Shown here one piece after another: positions 1 to 12,681 of a stretch of 54,786 nucleotides of DNA. The notes under the pieces were generated by a model. It made no database searches and was not told the DNA's origin. It worked only from the letters and a program-made list of their open reading frames with translations. The DNA is from an uncultured Actinomycetes bacterium (GTDB lineage Bacteria > Actinomycetota > Acidimicrobiia > Acidimicrobiales > RAAP-2), in the NCBI GenBank assembly GCA_903848885.1, contig CAINHL010000023.1:1-54786 (forward strand). Direction: 5' to 3'. Numbering within the stretch: position 1 is the first letter of the stretch; each line of letters opens with the position of its first letter. The position numbers and the translations under genes are program-made.

Positions 1-2
1 CC

Positions 3-329
3 GCCCGCGACGACATTCGTTGCTGGGGGGCAAAAGTGAAACCGGGTGGTGTCCTGCTCATTCACGACGCGTATTCCTCCATCGGAGTTACGGCCGCCAT
101 CGCCAGCACGCTGTGGTGGTCCCGACAATGGAACTACGAAGGTCGCAGTCGCTCTTTGGCGCAATATCGACGGGGAAACTTTTCTCTCTTCCAGACTGCT
201 GGTTCCGCCCTTCGGCAGAAGTGGCAACTCAGATATTTTCTGCGCAATCTGGTCTACAAAGTTCTCTTGAGCGCGCACTTGGGAACGGTGGCCCGATGGC
301 TGGGTTCGAACGGGGAATGGCCCTACTAA
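3..329 (+). CDS. Class I SAM-dependent methyltransferase (Methyltransf_24-like), C-terminal part, cut by the window edge
   Basis: Frame is open from position 3: ARDDIRCWGAKVKPGGVLLIHDAYSS resembles the methyltransferase 'l.pGG.l.iHD' motif. Confidence 0.65.
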   Translation, partial: ARDDIRCWGAKVKPGGVLLIHDAYSSIGVTAAIASTLWWSRQWNYEGRSRSLAQYRRGNFSLFQTAGSALRQKWQLRYFLRNLVYKVLLSAHLGTVARWLGSNGEWPY

Positions 330-928
330 GCCCGAGCAAGTTGTCGATGTTGGCGGTGTCGATTGGCCGCCAACACCACGATCACCACGTTGCCGGCTGC
401 CGCGACGCCCGAAGCAATGGACGGAGCCCATTGATGTTGACCGACGTAATACACCGCCCACAAACCTAAGGAAATAAAGCCGAGTGACCATGAGGCCACC
501 GATACTCCCTCGACCTCGTGACTCACGATGAGCTTGCGAATCTGCGGCCAACGATTGACCACCATGAGGATTCCGGCTCCATAACAACCGCCATTCCAGC
601 CAAAGACCATCGTGCTCAGTCCGCACGCGAGGAACACGATTCCCGCCGTCTCCAGAAACACACGACGCTGACCCCGTCGCTCTAAGCGAGCCACGACGAC
701 GGCTTGGATGGGGAAGATGCCGAGACTGCTCCAAAAGACAATGGGATTCCAAATGACGGCTCCGTACCAAATCCAAAAGATGGTGGAGTACAAGAAGGTC
801 AGCCAGGTAGCGAGAGCGATACCTTCGGTGGATATTTTCCAGGCACGACGCAGCTGCACCAGCGTGAGGGCCCAGCCCAAGGCGGTGGCAACCAGGCCGA
901 TAAGTAAGAAGAAATCGTGTCGGCTCAC
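326..928 (-). CDS. PQ-loop / SWEET-like membrane protein
   Basis: Two repeated hydrophobic units (LVQLRRAWKISTEGIA; RWPQIRKLIVSHEVEGVS); GTG start preceded by TAGCGT-N6. Confidence 0.7.
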   Translation of the reverse strand: MSRHDFFLLIGLVATALGWALTLVQLRRAWKISTEGIALATWLTFLYSTIFWIWYGAVIWNPIVFWSSLGIFPIQAVVVARLERRGQRRVFLETAGIVFLACGLSTMVFGWNGGCYGAGILMVVNRWPQIRKLIVSHEVEGVSVASWSLGFISLGLWAVYYVGQHQWAPSIASGVAAAGNVVIVVLAANRHRQHRQLARA

Positions 929-997
929 CTTTCTACGCTAGTTCCCCTCCGTGGAGGTATCCGCTTCTGTTCCAGCAAACTGGAGGAGACTTTCGCG

Positions 998-3122
<2,125 letters not shown>

Positions 3123-3145
3123 TCACGAGTACCGGCCAAGAAACG

Positions 3146-3170
3146 AAAAACCTCCCGTCAAGCGGGAGGT
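3146..3170 (-). terminator. Intrinsic terminator of the leuA attenuator
   Basis: Minus strand reads ACCTCCCG-CTTGA-CGGGAGGT-TTTT, between the leader ORF and the leuA RBS. Confidence 0.85.
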
Positions 3171-3192
3171 GAGGGGCGAGCCGAAGCTCGCC

Positions 3193-3228
3193 CTATCGAA
3201 GCAGTAGGCCGGTGCGCTGGTTGATCAC
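3193..3228 (-). CDS. leuA leader peptide MINQRTGLLLR
   Basis: GTG ATC AAC CAG CGC ACC GGC CTA CTG CTT CGA TAG; three tandem Leu codons, then a C(UUCG)G hairpin (3174-3193) and a terminator. Confidence 0.85.
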   Translation of the reverse strand: MINQRTGLLLR

Positions 3229-3284
3229 CTCTCTAGCCTATCTTTCCCTTCGCTACGCTGCCACGGCGCCACTAAGGTGGCGAG

Positions 3285-3461
3285 GTGCGCGTGGTGAGAA
3301 AAATGGTCAAATTTTTGATTGTCGCCGTGTTCGGCCTCGTTTCTGCCGCTGTGGTTTCTAAATTCCGTGGCGCCCCCACACCACCCACCACATCACCTTC
3401 TACAACGCAGTGGCCCGACGTACCCCGTAATCCCGACGTGTCCGACGCGACACCAAACTAA
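3285..3461 (+). CDS. Small single-pass membrane protein, 58 aa (not in ORF track)
   Basis: [58 protein letters not shown]; TAAGGT-N6-GTG; stop overlaps the AGGAG RBS of the next gene. Confidence 0.65.
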   Translation: MRVVRKMVKFLIVAVFGLVSAAVVSKFRGAPTPPTTSPSTTQWPDVPRNPDVSDATPN

Positions 3462-3471
3462 GGAGAATCAT

Positions 3472-4452
3472 ATGGAAATGGAATATCGCCGACTTGGTCG
3501 TTCCGGTCTTAAGGTCAGCGTGCTGTCCTTCGGCTCGTGGGTGACCTTCGCCAACAAGGACCAAATTGCGCAAGCTGCTGAGGCCGCCGAGTGCCTCTCG
3601 GCCGCCAAGGACGCCGGAGTGAACTTCTTCGACAACGCTGAGGGCTACGCCGCCGGTGAGTCCGAGCGCGTCATGGGTGAAGCATTCCGCCAGTTGGGTT
3701 GGAAACGCCACGAGTACGTCGTCTCCACCAAGTTGTTCTGGGGCCTGCACGACGGCGTGGTCAATATGAAGAACACCCTGAACCGCAAGTACCTCAACCA
3801 AGCCATCGACGGCTCGCTGGAACGCTTCGGCCTGGACTTCGTGGATCTGGTCTTCTGCCACCGTCCCGACCAGAACACCCCGTTGGAAGAGACCGTCTGG
3901 GCAATGAGCGACATGGTGTCCTCCGGGAAGGCCCTCTACTGGGGAACCAGTGAGTGGAGCGCCTACGAAATCCGCGCTGCCTGGGACATCGCCGACAAGC
4001 ACCACTTGCACAAGCCCGTCATGGAGCAGCCGCAATACAACTTGTTCTGGCGTGAGCGCATGGAGAAGGAATACAAGCGCCTCTTCGAAGAAATCGGCTA
4101 CGGCACCACCATTTGGTCACCGCTGGCGTCGGGTCTGTTGACCGGTAAGTACATGGACGGTATCCCCGAGGGAAGCCGCGCCACACTGCCGGGTTACGAG
4201 TGGTTGAAGAGCAGCCTGACTGACCCCGCCAAGAACAAAAAAGTAGCGGATCTCAAGGTCATCGCCGACGAACTCGACATCACCTTGAGCCAGCTCTCAC
4301 TCGCCTGGTGCGCCAAGAACCCCCACGTGTCCACCGTGATCACCGGCGCATCCAACGCAGCTCAGGTGCGCGAGAACATGACGGCCCTCGACGCCATGCC
4401 CTTGTTGACCAAGGAGATCATGGACCGCATTGACGTGATCAGCCTGTTCTAA
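3472..4452 (+). CDS. Aldo/keto reductase (Kv-beta-like)
   Basis: [49 protein letters not shown]; AGGAG RBS. Confidence 0.93.
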   Translation: MEMEYRRLGRSGLKVSVLSFGSWVTFANKDQIAQAAEAAECLSAAKDAGVNFFDNAEGYAAGESERVMGEAFRQLGWKRHEYVVSTKLFWGLHDGVVNMKNTLNRKYLNQAIDGSLERFGLDFVDLVFCHRPDQNTPLEETVWAMSDMVSSGKALYWGTSEWSAYEIRAAWDIADKHHLHKPVMEQPQYNLFWRERMEKEYKRLFEEIGYGTTIWSPLASGLLTGKYMDGIPEGSRATLPGYEWLKSSLTDPAKNKKVADLKVIADELDITLSQLSLAWCAKNPHVSTVITGASNAAQVRENMTALDAMPLLTKEIMDRIDVISLF

Positions 4453-4473
4453 GCCCACCAGAGGTTCCGCGGT

Positions 4474-4516
4474 AACGAGAAACACCCCCGGCCACTGGCC
4501 GGGGGTGTTTCTCGTT
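4474..4516. terminator. Probable bidirectional intrinsic terminator (21-bp perfect inverted repeat)
   Basis: AACGAGAAACACCCCCGGCCA-C-TGGCCGGGGGTGTTTCTCGTT between the convergent aldo/keto reductase and serA genes. Confidence 0.8.
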
Positions 4517-4580
4517 GTACCAAGGTCGAGAGAATCGGAGTACTCCTGCGAACGAAGGTCCGCAGGAGTTCACGCTCCCC

Positions 4581-6155
4581 TTAGCGCAGGGAAATCACGT
4601 GGATGTCAATAATTCCGTCGGAACCACGAAGACCGCTCAAGACATTTTCCGGTGTCGGCGCACTCGTCGACAGCACCATCATGGCGGTTCCTCGGGTCGG
4701 ACTGGGGCCCACGGCCATGGAGGAGATCGAGATGTTGGCTTCTCCCAGGGCGGTGGTGACGCGTCCAATCATTCCGGGGCGGTCGTCGTTACGCACGACC
4801 AACATGGTGGCGGCCGGCGGAATTTCCACACTGTGCGAATCCACGGTCACGATGCGTGGCTCAATGCCACGCCCCACGACGGCCAGCGTTCCCGAGACTT
4901 CGTGGTCGCCGGAACGCACCGTGATGAGATTCAGGTATTCCTGGCTCACGGTGCTCGAGCTCTCGGAGAAATTCACACCCTTTTCAGAGGCCAGAGCGGG
5001 AGCGTTCACGAAAGAAGCGCTGTCGTCACCGGTGGCGGCGAACAAGCCCTTCAGGGCGCAGAGTGTAAGGATCTTGGTGCCGGCTCCGGCGAGTTCGCCT
5101 TGGTACACCACTTCGAGGTCAGCGGGTTCACCGTCGAGAAGACCACCAATGAAGCGGCCCAGCAACTCCGCCAGACCCATGAAGGGGCGAACCACGTCGG
5201 AAACTTCACCCGCCGACACGTTAACGGCGAAGGGAACGAAGTCGCCGGCCAAGGCCAAGAGGACTTGCTCGGCGATGGTCACGCCGGCTTTGTCCTGCGC
5301 CTCGGCAGTCGACGCACCCAAGTGGGGAACCACAACAACGCTGGGTAGTTCAAAGAGGGGCGACTCGGTACAGGGTTCTTTTTCGAAGACGTCAAGAGCA
5401 GCACCTTGCACGTGACCCGACTTAATGGCCTCGTAGAGGTCGGCTTCGCTGACGATGCCACCGCGCGCCACGTTAATGATGCGCACACCTTTTTTGGTCT
5501 TGGCCAGGGCAGCGGTATTCAACAGACCGGTGGTCTCTTTGTTCTTGGGTAGGTGGATGGTGATGAAGTCACTCTGGGCGAGCAAGTCATCGAGCGGCAT
5601 CAGTTCCACGCCCATCATGCGCGCACGATCTTCCGAAATGAAGGGGTCGTAGGCCACCAGGCGCATGCCAAAGGCCAGGGCGCGCTGCGCCACCAGGGCT
5701 CCGATTTTGCCGAGGCCGACAACTCCCAGGGTCTTGCCGTGGAGTTCCACGCCTTCCCACTTGGACCGCTCCCACTTGCCGTTCTTCAGCGCGGTGTGGG
5801 CTTGGGGGATGTTGCGCGCCTGAGCGAGCAAGAGGGCCATCGTTTGTTCGGCGGCCGAAAGAATGTTGGACTGCGGTGCGTTGACCACCATGACCCCGCG
5901 GTCAGTCGCGGCTTGCACGTCGACGTTGTCGAGACCGATACCGGCGCGACCCACAACCACCATGTCAGCAGCGGCAGCCAAGGTCGGGGCGTCCACGTTG
6001 GTGGCGGAACGAATAATCAATGCGTGAGCGCCCTTGACCGCGTCCAAGAGCTGCTCGGGACTAAGTCCCAGTTGCACGTCTACCTCGTGGCCGGCTTGAC
6101 GGAGCTGGTTGAGACCAGACTCAGCGATTTCTTCGGTTACTAATACACGGGCCAC
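4581..6155 (-). CDS. serA: D-3-phosphoglycerate dehydrogenase
   Basis: GRAGIGLDNVD, GLGKIG, INVARGG, PHLGAST and C-terminal ACT domain (NDDRPGMIG); GTG start after GAAAGG. Confidence 0.96.
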   Translation of the reverse strand: MARVLVTEEIAESGLNQLRQAGHEVDVQLGLSPEQLLDAVKGAHALIIRSATNVDAPTLAAAADMVVVGRAGIGLDNVDVQAATDRGVMVVNAPQSNILSAAEQTMALLLAQARNIPQAHTALKNGKWERSKWEGVELHGKTLGVVGLGKIGALVAQRALAFGMRLVAYDPFISEDRARMMGVELMPLDDLLAQSDFITIHLPKNKETTGLLNTAALAKTKKGVRIINVARGGIVSEADLYEAIKSGHVQGAALDVFEKEPCTESPLFELPSVVVVPHLGASTAEAQDKAGVTIAEQVLLALAGDFVPFAVNVSAGEVSDVVRPFMGLAELLGRFIGGLLDGEPADLEVVYQGELAGAGTKILTLCALKGLFAATGDDSASFVNAPALASEKGVNFSESSSTVSQEYLNLITVRSGDHEVSGTLAVVGRGIEPRIVTVDSHSVEIPPAATMLVVRNDDRPGMIGRVTTALGEANISISSMAVGPSPTRGTAMMVLSTSAPTPENVLSGLRGSDGIIDIHVISLR

Positions 6156-6206
6156 GGGGGAACCTTTCTCTTGCAATCAGATTAGGGGTTTTGCGCCCCC
6201 GCAAAA

Positions 6207-7406
6207 TCAGCCAGCGTTGACGAAAGAGCGAAAACGTTCGAGTCCTTCGGCCAAGTCCGCATCACCCAAGGCATAACTCAGTCGGAAGTATCCCGGCGTA
6301 CCGAAAGCCTCACCCGGTACCACGGCCACCTTGATCTGGTCCAAAAGAATGGTGGCCAGTTCGGCCGACGTGTTCGCCACGTGACCACCGAGTGAACGAC
6401 CCAGAAGAGCACTCACGTTCGGGTAGCAATAGAAGGCACCCTCGGGCTCCGCACAGGAAACTCCGTCAATGCCGTTCAGCATCTTCGTCATGGTCTGGCG
6501 ACGGCGATCAAATGCCGAACGCATTTCCGCCACCGCGGTGAGATCACCCGTCAGGGCGGCTACGGCGGCACGCTGGGAGATGTTCGAGATGTTGCTGGTG
6601 GTTTGGCTTTGGTAGTTAACGGCCGCTTCCATGATGTCCGCGGGTCCCACCATCCAACCAATGCGCCAGCCGGTCATGGCGTAGGTCTTCGCTACTCCGT
6701 TGACCACAATCCAGCGATCACCCAGTGACGGCGATACCGTCGGCAAGGAGACGTGTTGCGCGGAGCCATAGACCAAGTGCTCGTAGATCTCGTCACAGAG
6801 AACCCAGATGTCGTGTTCGGCGGCCCAGGCGCCAATGGCGGCCACGTCGCTCGGGGCCACGACGGCACCGGTGGGGTTCGAGGGCGACACGAAGACCAGC
6901 ATTTTTGTCTTGGGCGTACGGGCGCGTTCTAGGTCGTCCACGGTGACGCGGAATCCCTTGGCCTCACTCGTGAGTACCGGCACGGCCTTCGCCCCGGTCA
7001 GATAAATGGCCTCGGGGTAGGTGGTCCAGAAAGGCGCGGGAACCAATACTTCATCGCCGGGGTTCAGCACCGACATGAAGGCCGTCGCCACCGCGTGCTT
7101 ACCGCCGTTGGTAACCAAGGTCTGGGAGGCGGTGATGTCGAGACCCGAGTCGCGCTTGGTTTTCGTGACAATGGCTTCACGAAGTTCGGCAATGCCCGCC
7201 GTCGGGGTGTACTTGTAGTTCGCGGGGTTCAAACACGCGGCTTCGGCCGCCGCCACGATGTGCGCGGGGGTGGGGAAGTCCGGTTCTCCGGCCCCGTAGC
7301 CAATGACCGGCTCGCCGGCGGCCTTAAGGGCTTTGGCTTTGGCGTCTACCGCCAAGGTGGCCGAGGGGGCTAAACCCGCAAGAAGGTGGCTGGCGCGCGT
7401 GGACAT
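6207..7406 (-). CDS. Aspartate aminotransferase family (class I/II PLP enzyme)
   Basis: [38 protein letters not shown]. Confidence 0.93.
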   Translation of the reverse strand: MSTRASHLLAGLAPSATLAVDAKAKALKAAGEPVIGYGAGEPDFPTPAHIVAAAEAACLNPANYKYTPTAGIAELREAIVTKTKRDSGLDITASQTLVTNGGKHAVATAFMSVLNPGDEVLVPAPFWTTYPEAIYLTGAKAVPVLTSEAKGFRVTVDDLERARTPKTKMLVFVSPSNPTGAVVAPSDVAAIGAWAAEHDIWVLCDEIYEHLVYGSAQHVSLPTVSPSLGDRWIVVNGVAKTYAMTGWRIGWMVGPADIMEAAVNYQSQTTSNISNISQRAAVAALTGDLTAVAEMRSAFDRRRQTMTKMLNGIDGVSCAEPEGAFYCYPNVSALLGRSLGGHVANTSAELATILLDQIKVAVVPGEAFGTPGYFRLSYALGDADLAEGLERFRSFVNAG

Positions 7407-7442
7407 GTTCGAACCGTTTCTCTAATCAGTAAGAATAAGTCT

Positions 7443-8570
7443 ATGAGTTCAGCCAACGACATCGTCATTCCCGCCCACCTTCTTCCCCGCGACGGCCGCT
7501 TCGGCGCCGGTCCGAGCAAGGTGCGACAAGCCCAGCTCGACGCCTTGATGGCTGATGGTCTGACCTACATGGGTACCTCACACCGTCAAGACACGGTGAA
7601 GAACAAAGTCGGCGAAGTTCGCGACGGCCTCCGCGCGCTCTTCAATCTTCCCGACGGATACGAGGTTCTCCTGGGCAACGGTGGCACCACCTGCTTCTGG
7701 GACGCCGCGACCTTTCACCTCGTCGCGCAGCAGAGTCAGCACCTGAGCTTCGGTGAGTTCTCGTCCAAGTTCGCTTCCAGCGTGGCCGACGCTCCTTTTT
7801 TGAATGACCCGCAGATCATCAAGTCCGACGTCGGTACGCACCCGCGCGCGGTCGCGGACGACAGCGTCGACCTCTACGCGCTCACGCACAACGAAACCTC
7901 CACGGGAGTGATGATGGAAATTCGCCGTCCCGACGGCGCCAGCGGATTGGTCGCGGTCGACGCCACCTCCGGTGCCGGTGGACTGCGCGTGGACCCGACG
8001 CAATTCGACTGCTATTACTTTGCCCCACAGAAGTCCTTCGCCAGTGATGGTGGTCTGTGGCTCGCCCTGTGCTCCCCCGCCGCCGTGGAGCGCATCGAGA
8101 CCTTGGCCGCGTCTGACCGTTGGACGCCCGCCTTCTTTGACCTCAAGATTGCTCTGGATAACTCGCGGCTCAATCAGACCTACAACACACCCTCGCTGGC
8201 CACCATTCACATGCTGGCGTCACAGATCAACTGGTTCAACGAAAACGGCGGACTGGATTTCAGTGCCGGTCGCTCCGAGCGTTCCGCGGAAATCTTGTAC
8301 TCCTGGGCCGACGCCTCGGACTTCGCCTCGCCCTTCGTCCAGAACGTAGAAGAGCGCAGCAAGGTGATCGGCACCATCGACTTCATCGACGGTGTGGACG
8401 CCGCCGCCATCGCCAAGATTTTGCGCCGACACGGTGTGGTGGACACCGAGCCCTACCGCAAGTTGGGACGCAATCAATTGCGCATCGCGATGTTCCCGTC
8501 CATTGACCCCGAGGACATCGCTTCGCTCTGCGCGTCAATTAATTACGTCGTCGGTGCCTTGGCGAACTAA
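7443..8570 (+). CDS. serC: Phosphoserine aminotransferase (actinobacterial type)
   Basis: DGRFGAGPSKVR, MGTSHRQ, HNETSTGV, DATSGAGG, FAPQK, PYRKLGRNQLR. Confidence 0.95.
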   Translation: MSSANDIVIPAHLLPRDGRFGAGPSKVRQAQLDALMADGLTYMGTSHRQDTVKNKVGEVRDGLRALFNLPDGYEVLLGNGGTTCFWDAATFHLVAQQSQHLSFGEFSSKFASSVADAPFLNDPQIIKSDVGTHPRAVADDSVDLYALTHNETSTGVMMEIRRPDGASGLVAVDATSGAGGLRVDPTQFDCYYFAPQKSFASDGGLWLALCSPAAVERIETLAASDRWTPAFFDLKIALDNSRLNQTYNTPSLATIHMLASQINWFNENGGLDFSAGRSERSAEILYSWADASDFASPFVQNVEERSKVIGTIDFIDGVDAAAIAKILRRHGVVDTEPYRKLGRNQLRIAMFPSIDPEDIASLCASINYVVGALAN

Positions 8571-8575
8571 AGAGT

Positions 8576-9247
8576 TTGACCAGCCTCGCGCAGTTCCTCA
8601 CGCCACGCACGCGGGCCGTTCCTCGCACGGCGTGGTCCGCTGACGGTCTGTGGCGAGCGCGCTGGTCCACCCTGGTCGTATTGGTGGTGGCGTTGGCCAT
8701 CTTTGGTTGTGGCGAGGGATTACTCATCCAAGCGCAGTTGGGGGCGACGCCGTGGACCGTGTTGGCCCAGGGAATTACCCACCAAACCAGGTGGCCCATT
8801 GGAGTAACGACCCTGCTCTGTTCGGGCCTCGCCATGATTGGCTGGATCCCCTTGCGACAGCCCCTGGGCTTAGGCACCATCGCTAACGCCTTGGTGATTC
8901 CCCTCTTTTTGCAGATCACCACCACCACGCTGTCCACGCCGGGTAACTTTGGTGCTCGTTTCGGCATGTCCCTCGCGGGCATTGCGGTGATGGGACTAGG
9001 CGGCGCGGGATACATCACCTGCGCGATGGGTCCCGGACCTCGCGATGGACTGATGACGGGGCTGCAACGTCAACTCCAACGTCCCATCGCCTACGTACGC
9101 CTCGGCATCGAGGTCGCGGTGATGTCACTGGGTTGGCTGATGGGGGGACGCGTCGGCATAGCAACGGCCCTCTTCGCCTTTCTCATCGGCCACGTCTTGG
9201 CCTACTACCTCGGCGGACTGTCCCGCCTCACGCGGTCGGCGCGCTAG
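8576..9247 (+). CDS. YczE/YyaS/YitT-family membrane protein
   Basis: LGATPWTVLAQG, GPGPRDGLMTGL and GGRVGIAT motifs. Confidence 0.85.
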   Translation: MTSLAQFLTPRTRAVPRTAWSADGLWRARWSTLVVLVVALAIFGCGEGLLIQAQLGATPWTVLAQGITHQTRWPIGVTTLLCSGLAMIGWIPLRQPLGLGTIANALVIPLFLQITTTTLSTPGNFGARFGMSLAGIAVMGLGGAGYITCAMGPGPRDGLMTGLQRQLQRPIAYVRLGIEVAVMSLGWLMGGRVGIATALFAFLIGHVLAYYLGGLSRLTRSAR

Positions 9248-9250
9248 CGC

Positions 9251-10282
9251 TTATTCGCCGCCGCCGCTGACGTCTTCGACGCGCTGCTTACCAGCCGACA
9301 CGAAGGGCATGAGGTCGCGAAGTTTGGCACCCACCGTTTCGATGGGGTGCGCGCGACCCGCCTCTTTGAGTTCGCGGTAGCGCGGGCGACCAATTTCGTT
9401 TTCCTTAATCCATTCGGCCGCGAAGCGCCCGTCTTGGATCTCGTTGAGGATTTCCTTCATCTCCGCCTTCACCGCGGCGGAAATCACGCGGGAACCACGT
9501 GTGAGGTCGCCGTATTCGGCGGTGTCGGAGATGGAATAGCGCATACCGGTGATGCCCTGTTCGTACATCAAGTCCACGATGAGCTTGAGCTCGTGAAGGC
9601 ACTCGAAGTAGGCGCTTTCGGGCTGATAGCCCGCTTCCACCAAGGTTTCGTAGCCGGCGCGCACCAGTGCGGTCACGCCGCCGCAGAGAACGGCCTGCTC
9701 GCCGAAGAGGTCCGTTTCGGTCTCTTCGGTGAAGGTGGTCTCGAGCACTCCGGCGCGGGTGCCACCGACGCCGTGGGCGTAGGCCAGGGCCAAGCCCTTG
9801 GCCTGGCCGGTGGCGTCCTGGTGGACGGCGATCAAGGCCGGCACACCACCGCCTTCGGCGAAGGTGCGACGCACCAGGTGACCAGGACCCTTAGGGGCCA
9901 CCATGGCCACGTCGACGTCCGCCGGCGGGGTAATGAGGCCGTAACGAATGTTGAATCCGTGGGCGAAGAACAGGGCCTTGCCGGCGGTCAAGTGCGGAGC
10001 GATTTCACTGTCGTAGATGCGCTTTTGCTCGGTGTCCGGCAGCAAAATCATGATGAGGTCTGCCGCCGCCGAGGCGTCAGCAATGGACATCACGCTCAGA
10101 CCGGCGGCTTCGGCCTTCTCGACGGACGAGGACTCCAGACGCAATCCCACCACCACGTCGAATCCCGAGTCCTTGAGGTTCAAGGCGTGTGCGTGACCCT
10201 GCGAGCCGTATCCCAGCACGGCGATCTTCTTGCCCTGCAGTAGTTCGGGGTGGGCATCTTTTTCGTAGTACATCGTGGTCAT
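9251..10282 (-). CDS. ilvC: Ketol-acid reductoisomerase
   Basis: [41 protein letters not shown]. Confidence 0.98.
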   Translation of the reverse strand: MTTMYYEKDAHPELLQGKKIAVLGYGSQGHAHALNLKDSGFDVVVGLRLESSSVEKAEAAGLSVMSIADASAAADLIMILLPDTEQKRIYDSEIAPHLTAGKALFFAHGFNIRYGLITPPADVDVAMVAPKGPGHLVRRTFAEGGGVPALIAVHQDATGQAKGLALAYAHGVGGTRAGVLETTFTEETETDLFGEQAVLCGGVTALVRAGYETLVEAGYQPESAYFECLHELKLIVDLMYEQGITGMRYSISDTAEYGDLTRGSRVISAAVKAEMKEILNEIQDGRFAAEWIKENEIGRPRYRELKEAGRAHPIETVGAKLRDLMPFVSAGKQRVEDVSGGGE

Positions 10283-10296
10283 GGAACTGTCCTTTT

Positions 10297-10845
10297 CTAT
10301 TCTGCGAGTGGGTTGGCTGGTCGGCCAAGTCTAGGGAGGGCGACGCGCCCCGTACGGTGCAGCTCCACCTGGGAGAAGCCCGCGAGCGTGCGCTCAAAGT
10401 CGTCGCAGGCCTGTGGCGTGGCCGCCAAAGCCACGGTCACCGCGTGGGCGTCCACGTCCACGATGGCCGCATTGGCCCGCGCAATGACTTCCATCAGGTT
10501 GGTCTGCACGTCAACGTTGGTGGTGATGGTGGCGAGGAGTAGCTCGCGCTCAATGGCGTCCGTGGGTGACAAGTCGGTGATGTCCACCACATTGACCAAC
10601 TTGTTGAGTTGGCCCACAATCTGCTCCAAGGGTGCCGAGTCGGCGTCCACCACGATGGTGATCCGCGAGAAACGTTCGTGAATTTCGGCGGGGGCCACGG
10701 CCAAGGAGTAGATGTTGAAACCGCGGCGGGCGAAGAGTCCGGCGATACGGGCCAAGACACCGGCTTTGTTCTCCACCAGCACCGACAAGATGTGGTGGGT
10801 GATGTTCGCCGGGCTCGCCGCTGTTTCGATGGGCTCGGGGGTCAT
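10297..10845 (-). CDS. ilvN: Acetolactate synthase small subunit
   Basis: [29 protein letters not shown] domain; ATGA overlap with ilvB. Confidence 0.96.
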   Translation of the reverse strand: MTPEPIETAASPANITHHILSVLVENKAGVLARIAGLFARRGFNIYSLAVAPAEIHERFSRITIVVDADSAPLEQIVGQLNKLVNVVDITDLSPTDAIERELLLATITTNVDVQTNLMEVIARANAAIVDVDAHAVTVALAATPQACDDFERTLAGFSQVELHRTGRVALPRLGRPANPLAE

Positions 10846-12554
10846 GACGGGTCCCGCTGGCTGTGGTGAACGACGATGCCGTCGTTGCTGGCACCCGACG
10901 GCACCATGGGGAAGACCTTTTCGGAAGAATCGGTACGAAAGTCAATCACGACGGGCACATCGTTGATGGTATTGGCGGTATCGATGGCGGCACGCATTTC
11001 TTCCGGCGTGGTGGCACGGAGGCCTACGCAACCCATAGCTTCAGCCCACTTGACGTAGTCGGGCAGATCCGGCGAAAGGTAGACCTCGCTGTAGCGTTCT
11101 TCGTAGAACATCTCCTGCCACTGGCGCACCATGCCCAAGTAGGCGTTGTTCAAAATCGCTACCTTGATGGGGATTCCTTCGGAGCGAGCGGTGACCAGCT
11201 CCTGCGCGGTCATCTGGAAACAACCGTCGCCGTCGATGACCCACACGGTGGCGTCCGGTCGACCGACCTTGGCGCCAATTCCGGCGGGAACACCGAATCC
11301 CATGGTCCCGGCGCCACCCGAATTAATCCACGTGCCGGCAGATTCGTACTTCCAGTGCTGCGCGGCCCACATCTGGTGTTGGCCCACGCCGGCCGCCACG
11401 ATAGTGCCGGGAGCTGAGCGTTCGTAAATGGCTTCGACTACTGCCTGGGGCCGCAAGAGACCCTTGTTCTCCGGTTCGTCGTACGCCAGCGGGTAGCGCT
11501 CTTGCCAGTCACGCAGGGTGGTCCACCACGAGGCGAGGTCCGGTGGCGTCACCAGCGCGGCGTCCAGGGCCTCAATCGCGTCGCGCACGTTGGACTGCAG
11601 CGTGACGTCGGCCCGACGAATCTTGTTGAATTCCGCAGCGTCAATGTCGACGTGGATAATTTTGGCCTCGGGAGCGAAACCGTCGAGGCGACCGGTCACC
11701 CGGTCATCAAAGCGAGCGCCCAGGGAAATCAGGAGGTCGCTGCGTTGCATGGCCATGACGGCGGTGTACATGCCGTGCATTCCGGGCATGCCGAGGTGCT
11801 GGACGTGCGAATCCGGGAAGGCACCGCGCGCCATCAAGGTGGTGACCACCGGGATGTTGGTGCGTTCGGCGAAGGCCAAGAGCTCGGCGGTGGCCTGGGA
11901 CTTCAAGGTGCCACCACCCACGTAGAGCACGGGACGGCTGGCGGCGGCGATCAAATCGGCGGCGTCCTTCGCGTCCTGCGTGTTCACGCTCACGGTGGGC
12001 TGATAACCGGGGAGATCGAGTTCTTCAATGGTCTCGGGCCACCACCAGGTCATCGTGGACTGCGCGACGTCCTTGGGGATGTCTACCAAGACAGGTCCGG
12101 GACGGCCGGTGGTCGCGATATGAAAAGCCGCCGCGACGACGCGAGGAATGTCCTGAGCGGACTGCAAAAGAAAGTTGTGCTTGGTGATGCCCATGGTGAT
12201 GCCGGTGATATCGCACTCTTGAAAAGCATCCGAACCAATGGAGGACGTGGGGACCTGTCCGGTGATGACCACCAGGGGCGTCGAGTCCATGTGCGCGTTA
12301 GCAATGGGGGTGACAATGTTGGTGGCCCCGGGTCCACTCGTCACCATGGCGACGCCGGGCTTGCCGGTGGCGAGTGCATAGCCCTCGGCCATGTGACCGG
12401 CGCCTTGCTCGTGGCGCACCAGGATGTGGCGAATGGGCGAGTCGATCAAGGGGTCATAGACGGGCAGGATGGCGCCGCCGGGCAGGCCGAAAATAGTCTC
12501 CACGCCGCACATTTCCAAACTCTTGATCAGGGCTTGCGCTCCAGTCAGTTCCAC
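10842..12554 (-). CDS. ilvB: Acetolactate synthase large subunit
   Basis: [28 protein letters not shown] and GDGCFQMT...NN TPP motif. Confidence 0.97.
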   Translation of the reverse strand: MELTGAQALIKSLEMCGVETIFGLPGGAILPVYDPLIDSPIRHILVRHEQGAGHMAEGYALATGKPGVAMVTSGPGATNIVTPIANAHMDSTPLVVITGQVPTSSIGSDAFQECDITGITMGITKHNFLLQSAQDIPRVVAAAFHIATTGRPGPVLVDIPKDVAQSTMTWWWPETIEELDLPGYQPTVSVNTQDAKDAADLIAAASRPVLYVGGGTLKSQATAELLAFAERTNIPVVTTLMARGAFPDSHVQHLGMPGMHGMYTAVMAMQRSDLLISLGARFDDRVTGRLDGFAPEAKIIHVDIDAAEFNKIRRADVTLQSNVRDAIEALDAALVTPPDLASWWTTLRDWQERYPLAYDEPENKGLLRPQAVVEAIYERSAPGTIVAAGVGQHQMWAAQHWKYESAGTWINSGGAGTMGFGVPAGIGAKVGRPDATVWVIDGDGCFQMTAQELVTARSEGIPIKVAILNNAYLGMVRQWQEMFYEERYSEVYLSPDLPDYVKWAEAMGCVGLRATTPEEMRAAIDTANTINDVPVVIDFRTDSSEKVFPMVPSGASNDGIVVHHSQRDPS

Positions 12555-12579
12555 GTATGTCCTTTAATTGATGAGGGAT

Positions 12580-12613
12580 AAAGAAAAAGGCCTCCCGTTT
12601 CTGGGAGGCCTTT
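12580..12613 (-). terminator. Intrinsic terminator of the ilvB attenuator
   Basis: Minus strand reads AAAGGCCTCCC-AGAAAC-GGGAGGCCTTTTTCTTT upstream of ilvB. Confidence 0.88.
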
Positions 12614-12630
12614 GGTATGCGAAAAGACGC

Positions 12631-12681
12631 CTACCGCCGGCTAGTTCCTACTACTACGAGAGCACCGATGGTCAACGTCAT
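12631..12681 (-). CDS. ilvBNC leader peptide MTLTIGALVVVGTSRR
   Basis: ATG ACG TTG ACC ATC GGT GCT CTC GTA GTA GTA GGA ACT AGC CGG CGG TAG; Leu/Ile/Val-rich, with antiterminator-compatible AGGC..CTTT / AAAGGCCT pairing. Confidence 0.88.
   Translation of the reverse strand: MTLTIGALVVVGTSRR

Noticed and set aside
7400-7420. GTTCGAAC near the aminotransferase start as a possible SOS box
   Set aside because: Half-site orientation and spacing do not fit CGAAC-N4-GTTCG
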